DNA from: Candidatus Moraniibacteriota bacterium | GTDB taxonomy: Bacteria; Patescibacteriota; Minisyncoccia; Moranbacterales; UBA1568 | Direction of reading: 5' to 3' | Assembly (NCBI GenBank): GCA_016699975.1 | Contig: CP064994.1 | Span: 65,222 to 129,221, forward strand | Length of the DNA stretch: 64,000 nucleotides | Shown here: in pieces, positions 1-8,335 of the stretch | How the letters are laid out: every line of letters begins with the position of its first letter | How positions within the stretch are numbered: position 1 is the stretch's first letter | Notes under the pieces: generated by a model | Database searches by the model: none | The model's input: the letters and a program-made list of their open reading frames with translations, nothing else | What the model was told of the DNA's origin: nothing | Program-made: the position numbers and the translations under genes

Positions 1-220
1 AGGAAAGCGCTTAACTATTTGACGCCGAATGAAGTTTTTGCCAGGGTACTGGAAAAGGGGCATTAAATTCTTGAACTCACCTAGCGAAAGCCCTCTCGAA
101 TAATCCTGCTAAAAGAAACAGTCAGGAGTAAAGCGAAAGCCGTTTGAATTGTTTTCCATCTCTTTTCCCAAGGAACATCCCCTCCACATTATTTCCAGTC
201 GACAACACTTTTTTTGCGAT

Positions 221-1234
221 ATGACACTCACTGCTTCCGAAACAAAGTCCGACGATGGTGCGCTCGACACGACACTGCGTCCACAGGGCTTCGACGAATA
301 TATCGGCCAGGAAAAAATCAAGCGGAATCTCCGCATCTTTATTGACGCCGCCCGAAAGCGCAAAGAACCCATCGAACACGTGTTGTTTTATGGTCCGGCA
401 GGCCTCGGGAAAACAACGCTCTCTCATATTATCGCCAAAGAAATGGGTGTCGGCATGAAGGTAACGAGCGGACCGGCCATAGAGCGGGTGGGAGACCTCG
501 GTTCTATCCTGACAAATTTGGAAAATGGCGATGTTCTCTTCATCGACGAAATTCACCGTCTCAACAAGCTGATCGAGGAGGTCCTCTACCCCGCAATGGA
601 AGACTACAAGCTCGATATTATTATCGGAAAAGGTCCCTCGGCGCGCACCATCCAGCTTGACCTGCCCAAATTCACCTTGATCGGAGCCACGACGCGGCTC
701 GGTTCCATCTCGAACCCACTTCGGAATCGTTTCGGATCCGTACATCGACTCGAATTTTATACCGAGGAAGAAATCGCGCGTATTCTTGCGCGCTCAAGCA
801 GCATTTTAAACGTCGCGATAGACGAAGGTGGCGGGAAGCATCTCGCCGCCGCAAGCCGCAAGACGCCGCGTGTCGCAAACCGGCTCTTAAAGCGCGCGCG
901 TGACTATGCGCAGTCTCGCGACGCAGAAATCATTACCGAAAAAATTGCAAAAGAGGCTCTCGATCTCCTGGAAATTGACGAACTCGGACTCGAACCAACC
1001 GATCGCCACATCCTCGAAACTCTGATCGAAAAATTTGGTGGTGGTCCCGTTGGTATCCAAACGATTGCGGCCGCGACGAGCGAGGAACGTGAAACGATCG
1101 AGGACGTCTACGAACCCTACCTGTTGCAGCTCGGCCTCATCGCGCGCACGCCTCGCGGCCGCGTCGCAAGTCCCGAAGCCTACGCCCATCTTGGCAAATC
1201 TCTTCCCGACGAGCATGCAAACAAATTGCTCTAG
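221..1234 (+). CDS. ruvB: Holliday junction branch migration ATPase RuvB
   Basis: Translation has the AAA+ Walker A (GPAGLGKTT), FIDEIHRL box and a RuvB C-terminal winged-helix region. The internal Met at 221 fits a typical RuvB N-terminus, though the ORF opens at 149. Confidence 0.9.
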   Translation: MTLTASETKSDDGALDTTLRPQGFDEYIGQEKIKRNLRIFIDAARKRKEPIEHVLFYGPAGLGKTTLSHIIAKEMGVGMKVTSGPAIERVGDLGSILTNLENGDVLFIDEIHRLNKLIEEVLYPAMEDYKLDIIIGKGPSARTIQLDLPKFTLIGATTRLGSISNPLRNRFGSVHRLEFYTEEEIARILARSSSILNVAIDEGGGKHLAAASRKTPRVANRLLKRARDYAQSRDAEIITEKIAKEALDLLEIDELGLEPTDRHILETLIEKFGGGPVGIQTIAAATSEERETIEDVYEPYLLQLGLIARTPRGRVASPEAYAHLGKSLPDEHANKLL

Positions 1235-1329
1235 ACTCCTCTCCCAAAAAGGAAAGAAGTTCCCCGAGCAAGTTCACATAGGGGTCATTTTGTTTTCGAG
1301 AGAAGCGCCACGCATGCTATAATGTGCCC

Positions 1330-1572
1330 ATGAAACTCCTTGTTGTGCCACTCTATCTTCTGTTTTTTCTCGCCGTTTCGTTTACGGGATTTTTTGTTGT
1401 TTTTCACCTGCTGCGTTACTCGGTAAACAAAAGAGTGGCACGCTTCACAGTGCTCCTTTTTATAATCGGCACGGGGATTCTTCTCGTCTCAAATGCCCTC
1501 CTCTTCTTTTCGATTCCCTTCGATACCATCACCAATCCCTTGCCGCCTTTGCCTTCCGAAAGCCAATTTTGA
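1330..1572 (+). CDS. small two-TM membrane protein (hypothetical)
   Basis: An 80-aa ORF with two hydrophobic helices lies directly downstream of a TGcTATAAT extended -10 at 1315-1323. No homology recognised. Confidence 0.3.
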   Translation: MKLLVVPLYLLFFLAVSFTGFFVVFHLLRYSVNKRVARFTVLLFIIGTGILLVSNALLFFSIPFDTITNPLPPLPSESQF

Positions 1573-1585
1573 TACTCCTCCCTTC

Positions 1586-2257
1586 ATGGATCCGCTTCAC
1601 AAAAATTTAAACGATCGATACTCGTTTCACGGGCAGGATTCCGGCGAAACCATTCTTTTTGTTATTCATCGGCATTGGTTCGATATTCTCATTCAATTTT
1701 TGCCATTTTTGGCAGCGCTCATCGGAATCGGGATTGCCTCGGTCGTCTTTGGCATTTTGTTTCCGGAGCTCCTCGCGGGCATCGATACGACACTCTTCTT
1801 TTTTATTGAGAATACGATCCTCGTTTTTCTGTGGCTCTTTGGATTCTTGGTATGGATCGACTACTACCTCGATGTCTGGATTATTACGGATCGACGCATT
1901 GTAAACATTGAACAGAATGGCCTGTTCGTGCGCCATATGAGTGAAGTGTTTCTGTTTCGCATTCAGGACGCAACGAGTGAAGTAGGCGGATTTTTTCCGT
2001 CCATTCTCAATTTCGGCGATGTCTACGTACAGAGTGCCGGTGAACGCGAACGGTTTCGCTTTCACAAAGTGCCCGACCCCTATGGAATCAAAGACACCAT
2101 CATGGACATGGTGCAAGAAACCCATCAAGACGAATCGGTTTTCTTCGAGAACGCCCTGGAAGCAGTCCGGCGAGGCGCCCCTTCTTCTCCCCACTCTTCT
2201 CCTTCCGAAAACCATCCAGGCCCCCCTTCTTCTCCGAAGCGATCCCGCCTTCCTTGA
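1586..2257 (+). CDS. membrane protein with bacterial PH (YdbT/DUF304-like) domain
   Basis: Two TM helices are followed by a region that resembles bPH_2-family proteins by overall pattern. The Pro/Ser-rich tail is low-complexity. Start chosen at the internal Met (MDPLHK). Confidence 0.5.
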   Translation: MDPLHKNLNDRYSFHGQDSGETILFVIHRHWFDILIQFLPFLAALIGIGIASVVFGILFPELLAGIDTTLFFFIENTILVFLWLFGFLVWIDYYLDVWIITDRRIVNIEQNGLFVRHMSEVFLFRIQDATSEVGGFFPSILNFGDVYVQSAGERERFRFHKVPDPYGIKDTIMDMVQETHQDESVFFENALEAVRRGAPSSPHSSPSENHPGPPSSPKRSRLP

Positions 2258-2308
2258 AACCTGGCCGCTTCTCGGATACACTGCGAACGTTATCCGTAGT
2301 GTATTGCT

Positions 2309-3028
2309 ATGTCGGGACATTCGCATTGGGCGGGCATTAAACATCGCAAGGGAATAAACGACGCGAAGCGCGCCAAAATTTTCACCAAACTCGCGCGCCC
2401 CATTACCATCGCCGCGAAGGGAGGGGGGAATCCAGAGACGAACTTCAAACTTCGCCTCGCGATCGATAAGGCACGCGAGTATAACATGCCGAAAGAAAAT
2501 ATCGATCGCGCGATCGAGCGCGGAACCGGTGAAGGAAAAGACGCCGCACGAATAGAAGAATTTGTCTACGAAGGATTCGGCCCGGGAAATACCGCCCTCC
2601 TCATCAAAGCTTCGACGGAAAACAAGAATCGCACCGTGAGCGAAGTAAAAAGCATTTTAACGAAGGGTGGCGGCAAATTCGTTCCCGCCGGCTCCGCATC
2701 CTTCCTCTTCCGAGAGGAGGGGGAAATCGTCCTCGACGTCTCGCCGGAAAACCGCGAATCAGCCGAGCTCGGCGCCATCGAAGCAGGCGCCGACGACACG
2801 GAGTACGATTCAGAGGAACACGCTTTATTTGTCTTTACTTCAGTTTCTTCGCTTCAGTCAGTCCGAGAAGCGCTCGAAAAAATACTCCCGCTCTCTTCGG
2901 TATCAATCGTCTTTCGCCCCAAAGAACGAGTCTCCATAAGCGAGGGTGACCGCGCAAAACTCGATCTTCTCCTTGAGACGCTCAATGATCACGACGATGT
3001 CGACACCGTTTACGACAATGCTGCATAA
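2309..3028 (+). CDS. yebC: YebC/PmpR family DNA-binding regulator
   Basis: The N-terminus MSGHSHWAGIKHRKG and the overall pattern match YebC, and the gene sits upstream of ruvC as in many bacteria. Confidence 0.9.
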   Translation: MSGHSHWAGIKHRKGINDAKRAKIFTKLARPITIAAKGGGNPETNFKLRLAIDKAREYNMPKENIDRAIERGTGEGKDAARIEEFVYEGFGPGNTALLIKASTENKNRTVSEVKSILTKGGGKFVPAGSASFLFREEGEIVLDVSPENRESAELGAIEAGADDTEYDSEEHALFVFTSVSSLQSVREALEKILPLSSVSIVFRPKERVSISEGDRAKLDLLLETLNDHDDVDTVYDNAA

Positions 3029-3097
3029 CAAATATCCTTCCTTTCCCTTGCCCCGAAAGAGAGAAATGAATATTTTTGACTCCCGAAAGAAAAATAT

Positions 3098-3587
3098 ATG
3101 CGCATCCTCGGTATTGATCCTGGAACGGCGACCGTAGGATGGGGCATTCTCGAAGGAGACGGGGATCGAATGGTCGCCCTTGCCTACGGACACATTTCAA
3201 CGAGTCCCACACTCCCGCTTCCAGAGCGGATAGGCGAAATAGCACGTGACCTTCGAACCCTGTGTCGCCTTCACCATCCCGAAGAAGCCTCCGTCGAAAA
3301 AATATTCTTTTCAAAATCAAAAGACCGTGATTGCGGTGAGTCAAGCAAGGGGCGCTATTCTCTTGACGCTCGAAGAGCTTGGCATTAGGCTTTTCGAATA
3401 CACGCCGCTTCAGATCAAGCAATCACTCACAGGATATGGTCGCGCCGACAAACGACAAATGCAGCTCATGGTAAAAAGCGTTTTAAAACTCCATGAGATT
3501 CCCCGCCCCGACGACACAGCGGACGCGCTTGCAATCGCCCTCTGCCACAGAAACAGTCGCGCTATGAACACCATCCTCGGAAAGTAG
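3098..3587 (+). CDS. ruvC: Holliday junction resolvase RuvC (reading frame broken by +1 indel near 3313-3316)
   Basis: ORF 3098..3388 gives the RuvC N-terminus (MRILGIDPGTATVGWGIL). The C-terminal two thirds (KTVIAVSQARG...ADALAIALCH) reads in the next frame from about 3318. Removing one A from the A4 run restores FFSNQKTVIAV, which matches RuvC. Confidence 0.8.
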
Positions 3588-3589
3588 CC

Positions 3590-4471
3590 GTGCTGCGAAA
3601 AAGTTTTTCAAAATGCGACGAAAGAAACGCCTCTTCCCAGAATGACTCCGAAACACACTCACTTCCCTCTCCGTCTCGCGCGATCGAAAAGTTGCGACGC
3701 TCTCGAAGGAAGCCGTTTGCGAAAGAAGAATATTCCGCATCAAAAACATTTTTAGCAGCCTTCTCGAAAAATTTTCATCTTCCTTTATTTTCACGTTCCG
3801 AATCTATAACCTTGTTTCTTATGACGCTGCATCCCCTCTTTCTTAATTTTGTCGCCCAAGGAGTACCAATCGACACGATCCGCTATATTCTCATGTTTCC
3901 CCTCATCGTGACTTTAGTCGCCTTCTTTCGACAAGTCGTGGGTATCAAAGCGTTTGGTATTTATACGCCATCAATCGTCACGTTCGCATTTCTTGCATTC
4001 GATCCGGGCGGCCTCAAATATGGAGTCGCCATTTTTGTGAGCATCATTCTAGTCGGCATGCTCTCGCGACTTCTCCTTCGCAGACTCCGGATTCTCTATT
4101 TGCCGCGCGTCGCAATTTCTCTCACAATCGTCGCACTCGCCATTCTCGCCATTCTCGTCGCGGGCGGTTCACTTCATCGAACCGGCCTCGCTTCCGTTTC
4201 CATCTTCCCTCTCCTCATCATGATCACCCTTGTCGAAAAATTCGTTGCGACGCAAATCGAAAAAGGGGATAAAGTCGCCCTTATGCTTGCGGGCGAGACC
4301 CTTTTCATTTCCCTGGTCGGCTACTTCCTCGCGCGCTCGTCGACTATCGCAGAGTATCTCCTCGCCTTCCCCTGGATCGTCCTCCTCACGATTCCCGTCA
4401 ACATCTTTCTCGGACGATGGAGAGGACTGCGGCTCTCTGAGCTCTTGCGTTTTTCAAAGTTGCTGAAATAG
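3590..4471 (+). CDS. multi-pass membrane protein, 7TM_transglut-like (partner of RimK-like ligases)
   Basis: Six to seven predicted TM helices with an FRQVVGIKAFGIYTPSI-type motif recalling 7TM_transglut (PF14402). It abuts a RimK-like ATP-grasp gene. The N-terminal 77 aa are hydrophilic, so the true start may be the Met at 3821. Confidence 0.55.
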   Translation: MLRKSFSKCDERNASSQNDSETHSLPSPSRAIEKLRRSRRKPFAKEEYSASKTFLAAFSKNFHLPLFSRSESITLFLMTLHPLFLNFVAQGVPIDTIRYILMFPLIVTLVAFFRQVVGIKAFGIYTPSIVTFAFLAFDPGGLKYGVAIFVSIILVGMLSRLLLRRLRILYLPRVAISLTIVALAILAILVAGGSLHRTGLASVSIFPLLIMITLVEKFVATQIEKGDKVALMLAGETLFISLVGYFLARSSTIAEYLLAFPWIVLLTIPVNIFLGRWRGLRLSELLRFSKLLK

Positions 4472-4511
4472 GAGTGGTGCCCTTCCGTTTTCATTTGTTG
4501 TTCTCTCGACT

Positions 4512-5939
4512 ATGATCCCCCTCCTCGAAGCATGGAAAAAAAGTCGCGATATTCTGGGCATGAATGCGCGGAATCTCGATTACCTTCGCCCATACAACAA
4601 AAAGCGCGCCAAGCGATTCGCAGACGACAAAATAGCCTGCAAGCGCCTCCTCGCAAAAAACGAATTGCCGGTTCCCCTCCTCATCGCGCGCATCAAAACA
4701 CTCGATGATCTTGAAAACTTCGACTGGTCAAAACTTCCCGAGAGCTTCGCCCTCAAACCGAATCATGGATTCGGCGGCGAAGGCATTCTCGTCGTATACG
4801 GAAAAAAGAAAAATGAAGAACACACCTGGATTAAAGCGGACGGCTCCCTCATCCGCGTCGAGGATCTGAAAACGCATATTCGAAATATTTTGGACGGTTC
4901 ATTCTCTCTCGCAAACATGCCAGACTCGGCATTTTTCGAAGAGCGCCTCAAGCTCCTCAAACTCTTCAAGCCCTATTCGTGGAAAGGGATCCCCGACATT
5001 CGTGTTATCGTCTTTAACCGCGTCCCGGTGATGGCGATGCTTCGCCTCCCCACCAAAGAGTCAGGCGGGAAAGCGAATCTTCAGCACGGAGCCCTTGGAC
5101 TCGGTATCGATATGGCAAACGGCACTACAACGAGTGCTGTTCAGGGGTTCGGCGGCTTCGCGCGCTCAATAGACTGTGTCCCCGGCACGCGTCTCGTTCT
5201 CTCGGGTATCCGCATTCCTTTCTGGAAAGAAATTCTCCGTCTTGCAGTCGAGGCCCAAAATATTTCGGGACTTGGCTACCTGGGCGCCGACATCGCGATC
5301 GACCGCGACCGCGGCCCGGTCTTCCTGGAATTAAATGCGCGACCCGGACTTTCCATTCAACTTGCCAACCTCGACGGACTCAAGGGTCGCCTAACGCGCG
5401 TTTCGGGACTCAAAGTGAAGACGGCGGAGAAGGGGGTGCGAATGGGCATGGATCTCTTCGGCGGTGAAATCGAGGAAGAGATCGAGGAAATCTCCGGCAA
5501 GAAAATTATCGGCACCGTAGAGAAAGTAAAACTCATCGGCAAGAACGGAAAAGAAATCGAAGTCGAAGCCAAAATAGACACCGGCGCCGACTCTACCTCC
5601 ATCGACACGGAGCTTGCGAGAGAGTTGGGGTTTGGGGAAGTTATGAATTTCTTTGAAACTATTCCAAAGCCGGAAAATACAGAGAATCGCTCAACTCTTA
5701 GCGCACTCTCTGCGGAGTACGATCAAAAATATAAGCACGCTCATCCAGATCTTTCCGGCGTCGTTTTTGTATATGCTCCGAACGGCTTCACAATGAGACC
5801 AAAGATTCTCATCTCATTCTTTCTCCATGGTGCTGAGGTATCTTCGAGGGTAAGCATCATTGAAAGATCCCGCATGCAATACCCTATAATAATAGGACGG
5901 AGAGATCTCAAGAAATTTCTCATCGATTCAAATAAATAA
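4512..5939 (+). CDS. RimK-like ATP-grasp ligase (alpha-L-glutamate ligase-related) fused to C-terminal retropepsin-like PF05618-type domain
   Basis: The N-terminal MIPLLEAWKKSRDILGMNARNLDYLRPYN... matches the RLAN/TIGR02291 pattern, and ATP-grasp motifs are present (KPNHGFGGEGI, ELNARPG). The C-terminal domain carries DTGA (KIDTGADSTS) and a terminal YPIIIGRRDLKKFLID, typical of the RimK-associated retropepsin-like putative protease. Confidence 0.75.
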   Translation: MIPLLEAWKKSRDILGMNARNLDYLRPYNKKRAKRFADDKIACKRLLAKNELPVPLLIARIKTLDDLENFDWSKLPESFALKPNHGFGGEGILVVYGKKKNEEHTWIKADGSLIRVEDLKTHIRNILDGSFSLANMPDSAFFEERLKLLKLFKPYSWKGIPDIRVIVFNRVPVMAMLRLPTKESGGKANLQHGALGLGIDMANGTTTSAVQGFGGFARSIDCVPGTRLVLSGIRIPFWKEILRLAVEAQNISGLGYLGADIAIDRDRGPVFLELNARPGLSIQLANLDGLKGRLTRVSGLKVKTAEKGVRMGMDLFGGEIEEEIEEISGKKIIGTVEKVKLIGKNGKEIEVEAKIDTGADSTSIDTELARELGFGEVMNFFETIPKPENTENRSTLSALSAEYDQKYKHAHPDLSGVVFVYAPNGFTMRPKILISFFLHGAEVSSRVSIIERSRMQYPIIIGRRDLKKFLIDSNK

Positions 5940-5985
5940 GGGGCTTGAGAGTGCCTCTTATTCGAATTTAGCGGAAAGGTATTTT

Positions 5986-6915
5986 ATGAAAGTCTTATTT
6001 CTTCTTGGCCATCAATCAGCCAATAACCATTCAAAAAAATTCCAGAGTAAATTCAGAGATTTTTTTCAATACGCAAGCGAAAGAACTTCTATAAAATTTT
6101 ATATATCAAATATTGAAGACTATGATACGAAACAAAAGCTGTTCTCTCATGCATTTGTAAGAAAATGGAATTCGTGGGACAAAGAGTTCCTTGTAAAGCC
6201 AGATATTATTTACGATAAAACATCGTACTTCCTTTCTCAGAAAAATTTAATGGAAATAAAAGAGGATATTTCTCAAAATTTTCGCTTCCTCAACCCATTG
6301 GAATTCAATAGAATTCTTACTGATAAGTGGGAGACGTATACTGTCATTCCGGATATACATCCGAAAACCATTCTCTTTCAAGAGAACGATGACTCGAAAA
6401 AAATCTTGGATATATCATCTTCATTAGTTGTGATAAAGCCACGATACGGATTCGGTGGAAAAGGCGTCACTGTTTCAACAAAAGAAAATTTCAAGCCAAT
6501 AAAAACTCCTTTCATCGTGCAGGAATTTATCGAAACTAGTGCCGGCATACCAAACATAACAAAGGGTCGCCATGACCTTCGAATATTCCTCAAAAATGAA
6601 ACTCCATTCTACTCAATAATACGCTCCCCTCAAAAAGACCCTTATATCGCAAACATAAATTTCGGTGGCGCATTGAAAGTAGTGCCGCTCGAGAAGATTC
6701 CGAGATCAGCATTCAGAGTCATCAACACCATCAGCAAAACCTTTTCTCGTTTCCCTAAGAAGCTCTACTCAATCGATCTATTTTTTGATAGGAATCAAAA
6801 TCCTTGGGTGGTAGAATGTAATTCTCGTCCAGGAATCATCCTTCATAAGAGTGAGCTCCCTTATCGTGAATTCTATTACGATCACCTTCTTGATTTTTTT
6901 CAACAATCTCTATGA
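5986..6915 (+). CDS. second ATP-grasp family ligase (RimK/cyanophycin-synthetase-like)
   Basis: Motifs VVIKPRYGFGGKGV and VVECNSRPG are ATP-grasp hallmarks. The gene is AT-rich compared with its neighbours. An AGG-rich RBS precedes the ATG. Confidence 0.65.
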   Translation: MKVLFLLGHQSANNHSKKFQSKFRDFFQYASERTSIKFYISNIEDYDTKQKLFSHAFVRKWNSWDKEFLVKPDIIYDKTSYFLSQKNLMEIKEDISQNFRFLNPLEFNRILTDKWETYTVIPDIHPKTILFQENDDSKKILDISSSLVVIKPRYGFGGKGVTVSTKENFKPIKTPFIVQEFIETSAGIPNITKGRHDLRIFLKNETPFYSIIRSPQKDPYIANINFGGALKVVPLEKIPRSAFRVINTISKTFSRFPKKLYSIDLFFDRNQNPWVVECNSRPGIILHKSELPYREFYYDHLLDFFQQSL

Positions 6916-8183
6916 AGATAATAACTATTACTGGGACAAAGGGGAAAACCACCATAACAAGAGCTCTCAGTGCCGTGCTTCATCGATTTGGGGAAACGAC
7001 TCTTCGAGTAGATACGGATGGCTACTACATCAATGAAAAACAAGAAGGAACTCTCGAAGAGAGCAAAAATCTCTATGGCCTTGTTCCTACCGTCTCACCC
7101 GGGAAGTACCTCCTCTCTATGAAAAGATACTATCCAGATTTTGTTGCTATCCTTGAGGCAGCCCTTGGAAGCGGCGGAAAATCAGGAAGAGGCTATGGAC
7201 TTCATACTATAGGGATATTTTCCAACGTCCTCGAAGATCATATGGGTATAGGTAAAATAAGAACAAGGTTGGATATAGCAAAAAGAAAAAATTTTATTTT
7301 TTCAGGTATTGATGTGGGCGGCTATGCCATCTTCAATGCAGATGATCGACTTGTCTGTTCGCAATTAAAACAAATCCCCGATTTCCGTTCTGTCCATCTT
7401 GTTCCTTGCGGTATCTCAAATCGCTTTTTCGACATTGAAAATCACCTTCAAAATGGAGGAAAAGCAGTTACTATCGTCGATGATTCCATCGTCATTCGAG
7501 CAAGAGAAGGCGACCAAAAAATTCTTTCAGTAAAAGATGTTTCATGGACATTCAATGGAAAGTATAGACCCTCCGTAGAAAATCTTCTTTTTATCGTTGG
7601 GGGACTCTATGCCTTCTTCGAGGAAAAGATCCCTCAGAGAGCTTTGCAAATTCTCAAAGAGTATCACCTCAACAGAGACGGGGGGAGACTATCACTTTTC
7701 GAAAATAAAGATGGCATCAAAGTCTTAATAGATTTCGCGCACGAAAAATACTCACTTTCAGAAATTGCAAAACTCGCACATAAACTCAAGAAAAGTAAGA
7801 AGAATAAGACTATCGGGATTTTGCGGTTAGCGCCAGACAGAACCGATAAAATGATTTTCGAAACCGGAAAATTCATTGCCCCTTCTTTTGATCATTTGAT
7901 AATTTATGACAAAATAGATGGCGTTCATAAAATGAAATATATCGGTAAAAAAACAAATATCGTACGAAACATTGGTGAGGTTTCTGACATTTTCCTGAAA
8001 GGAGCTCTGAGTGCAAAGAGAAAAAATATGGTAGAGAAAATACTCCTTGAAGAAAACGCTGTAAGGAAGGCTATCAAAATAGCCTGCCCAGGAGATGTCA
8101 TAATTTATATATGCAATGACGATCATAAAAAAAGTATCACTTATATGCAAAAATATCTCCATGCTAGTAGAAGAAATTCGTAA
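6912..8183 (+). CDS. Mur ligase family protein resembling the C-terminal domain of cyanophycin synthetase CphA
   Basis: The N-terminal P-loop ITGTKGKTTITRAL matches the Mur-ligase GTNGKTT motif, and ILEAALGSGG...NVLEDHMG matches the CphA/MurE central-domain pattern. Its start overlaps the stop of the preceding ATP-grasp gene, implying translational coupling. Confidence 0.7.
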   Translation: MKIITITGTKGKTTITRALSAVLHRFGETTLRVDTDGYYINEKQEGTLEESKNLYGLVPTVSPGKYLLSMKRYYPDFVAILEAALGSGGKSGRGYGLHTIGIFSNVLEDHMGIGKIRTRLDIAKRKNFIFSGIDVGGYAIFNADDRLVCSQLKQIPDFRSVHLVPCGISNRFFDIENHLQNGGKAVTIVDDSIVIRAREGDQKILSVKDVSWTFNGKYRPSVENLLFIVGGLYAFFEEKIPQRALQILKEYHLNRDGGRLSLFENKDGIKVLIDFAHEKYSLSEIAKLAHKLKKSKKNKTIGILRLAPDRTDKMIFETGKFIAPSFDHLIIYDKIDGVHKMKYIGKKTNIVRNIGEVSDIFLKGALSAKRKNMVEKILLEENAVRKAIKIACPGDVIIYICNDDHKKSITYMQKYLHASRRNS

Positions 8184-8226
8184 GATCCTTATTACAGAAA
8201 GCTTTTGAATCTTTTATAGACTATTC

Positions 8227-8255
8227 TTGAACCCCCGCTTCCCTCGCGGTACAAT
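8227..8255 (+). promoter_or_regulatory. sigma70-like promoter TTGAAC-N17-TACAAT upstream of PBP gene
   Basis: TTGAAC (8227-8232) is followed by a 17-nt spacer and TACAAT (8250-8255), about 80 nt upstream of the PBP start. Confidence 0.4.
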
Positions 8256-8335
8256 GCCGGTACTTCCCAGAAAACACTCTTCTCAAAAGAAAGGGTAAAA
8301 GATATTCGAGAATACACACCCTCGTATTTTCTCCT

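Noticed and set aside
71-105. Possible sigma70 promoter (TTGAAC ... GAATAAT) upstream of ruvB
   Set aside because: The best -10-like hexamer is 23 nt from the -35-like hexamer, which is outside the functional spacer range.
3098-3587. Programmed ribosomal frameshift or genuine pseudogenisation as the explanation for the broken ruvC, dnaN, dnaA, virB4 and yraN
   Set aside because: All breaks sit in short homopolymers, with no slippery-heptamer or stimulatory-structure context, and two of the genes are essential. Sequencing or assembly error is the most economical explanation.
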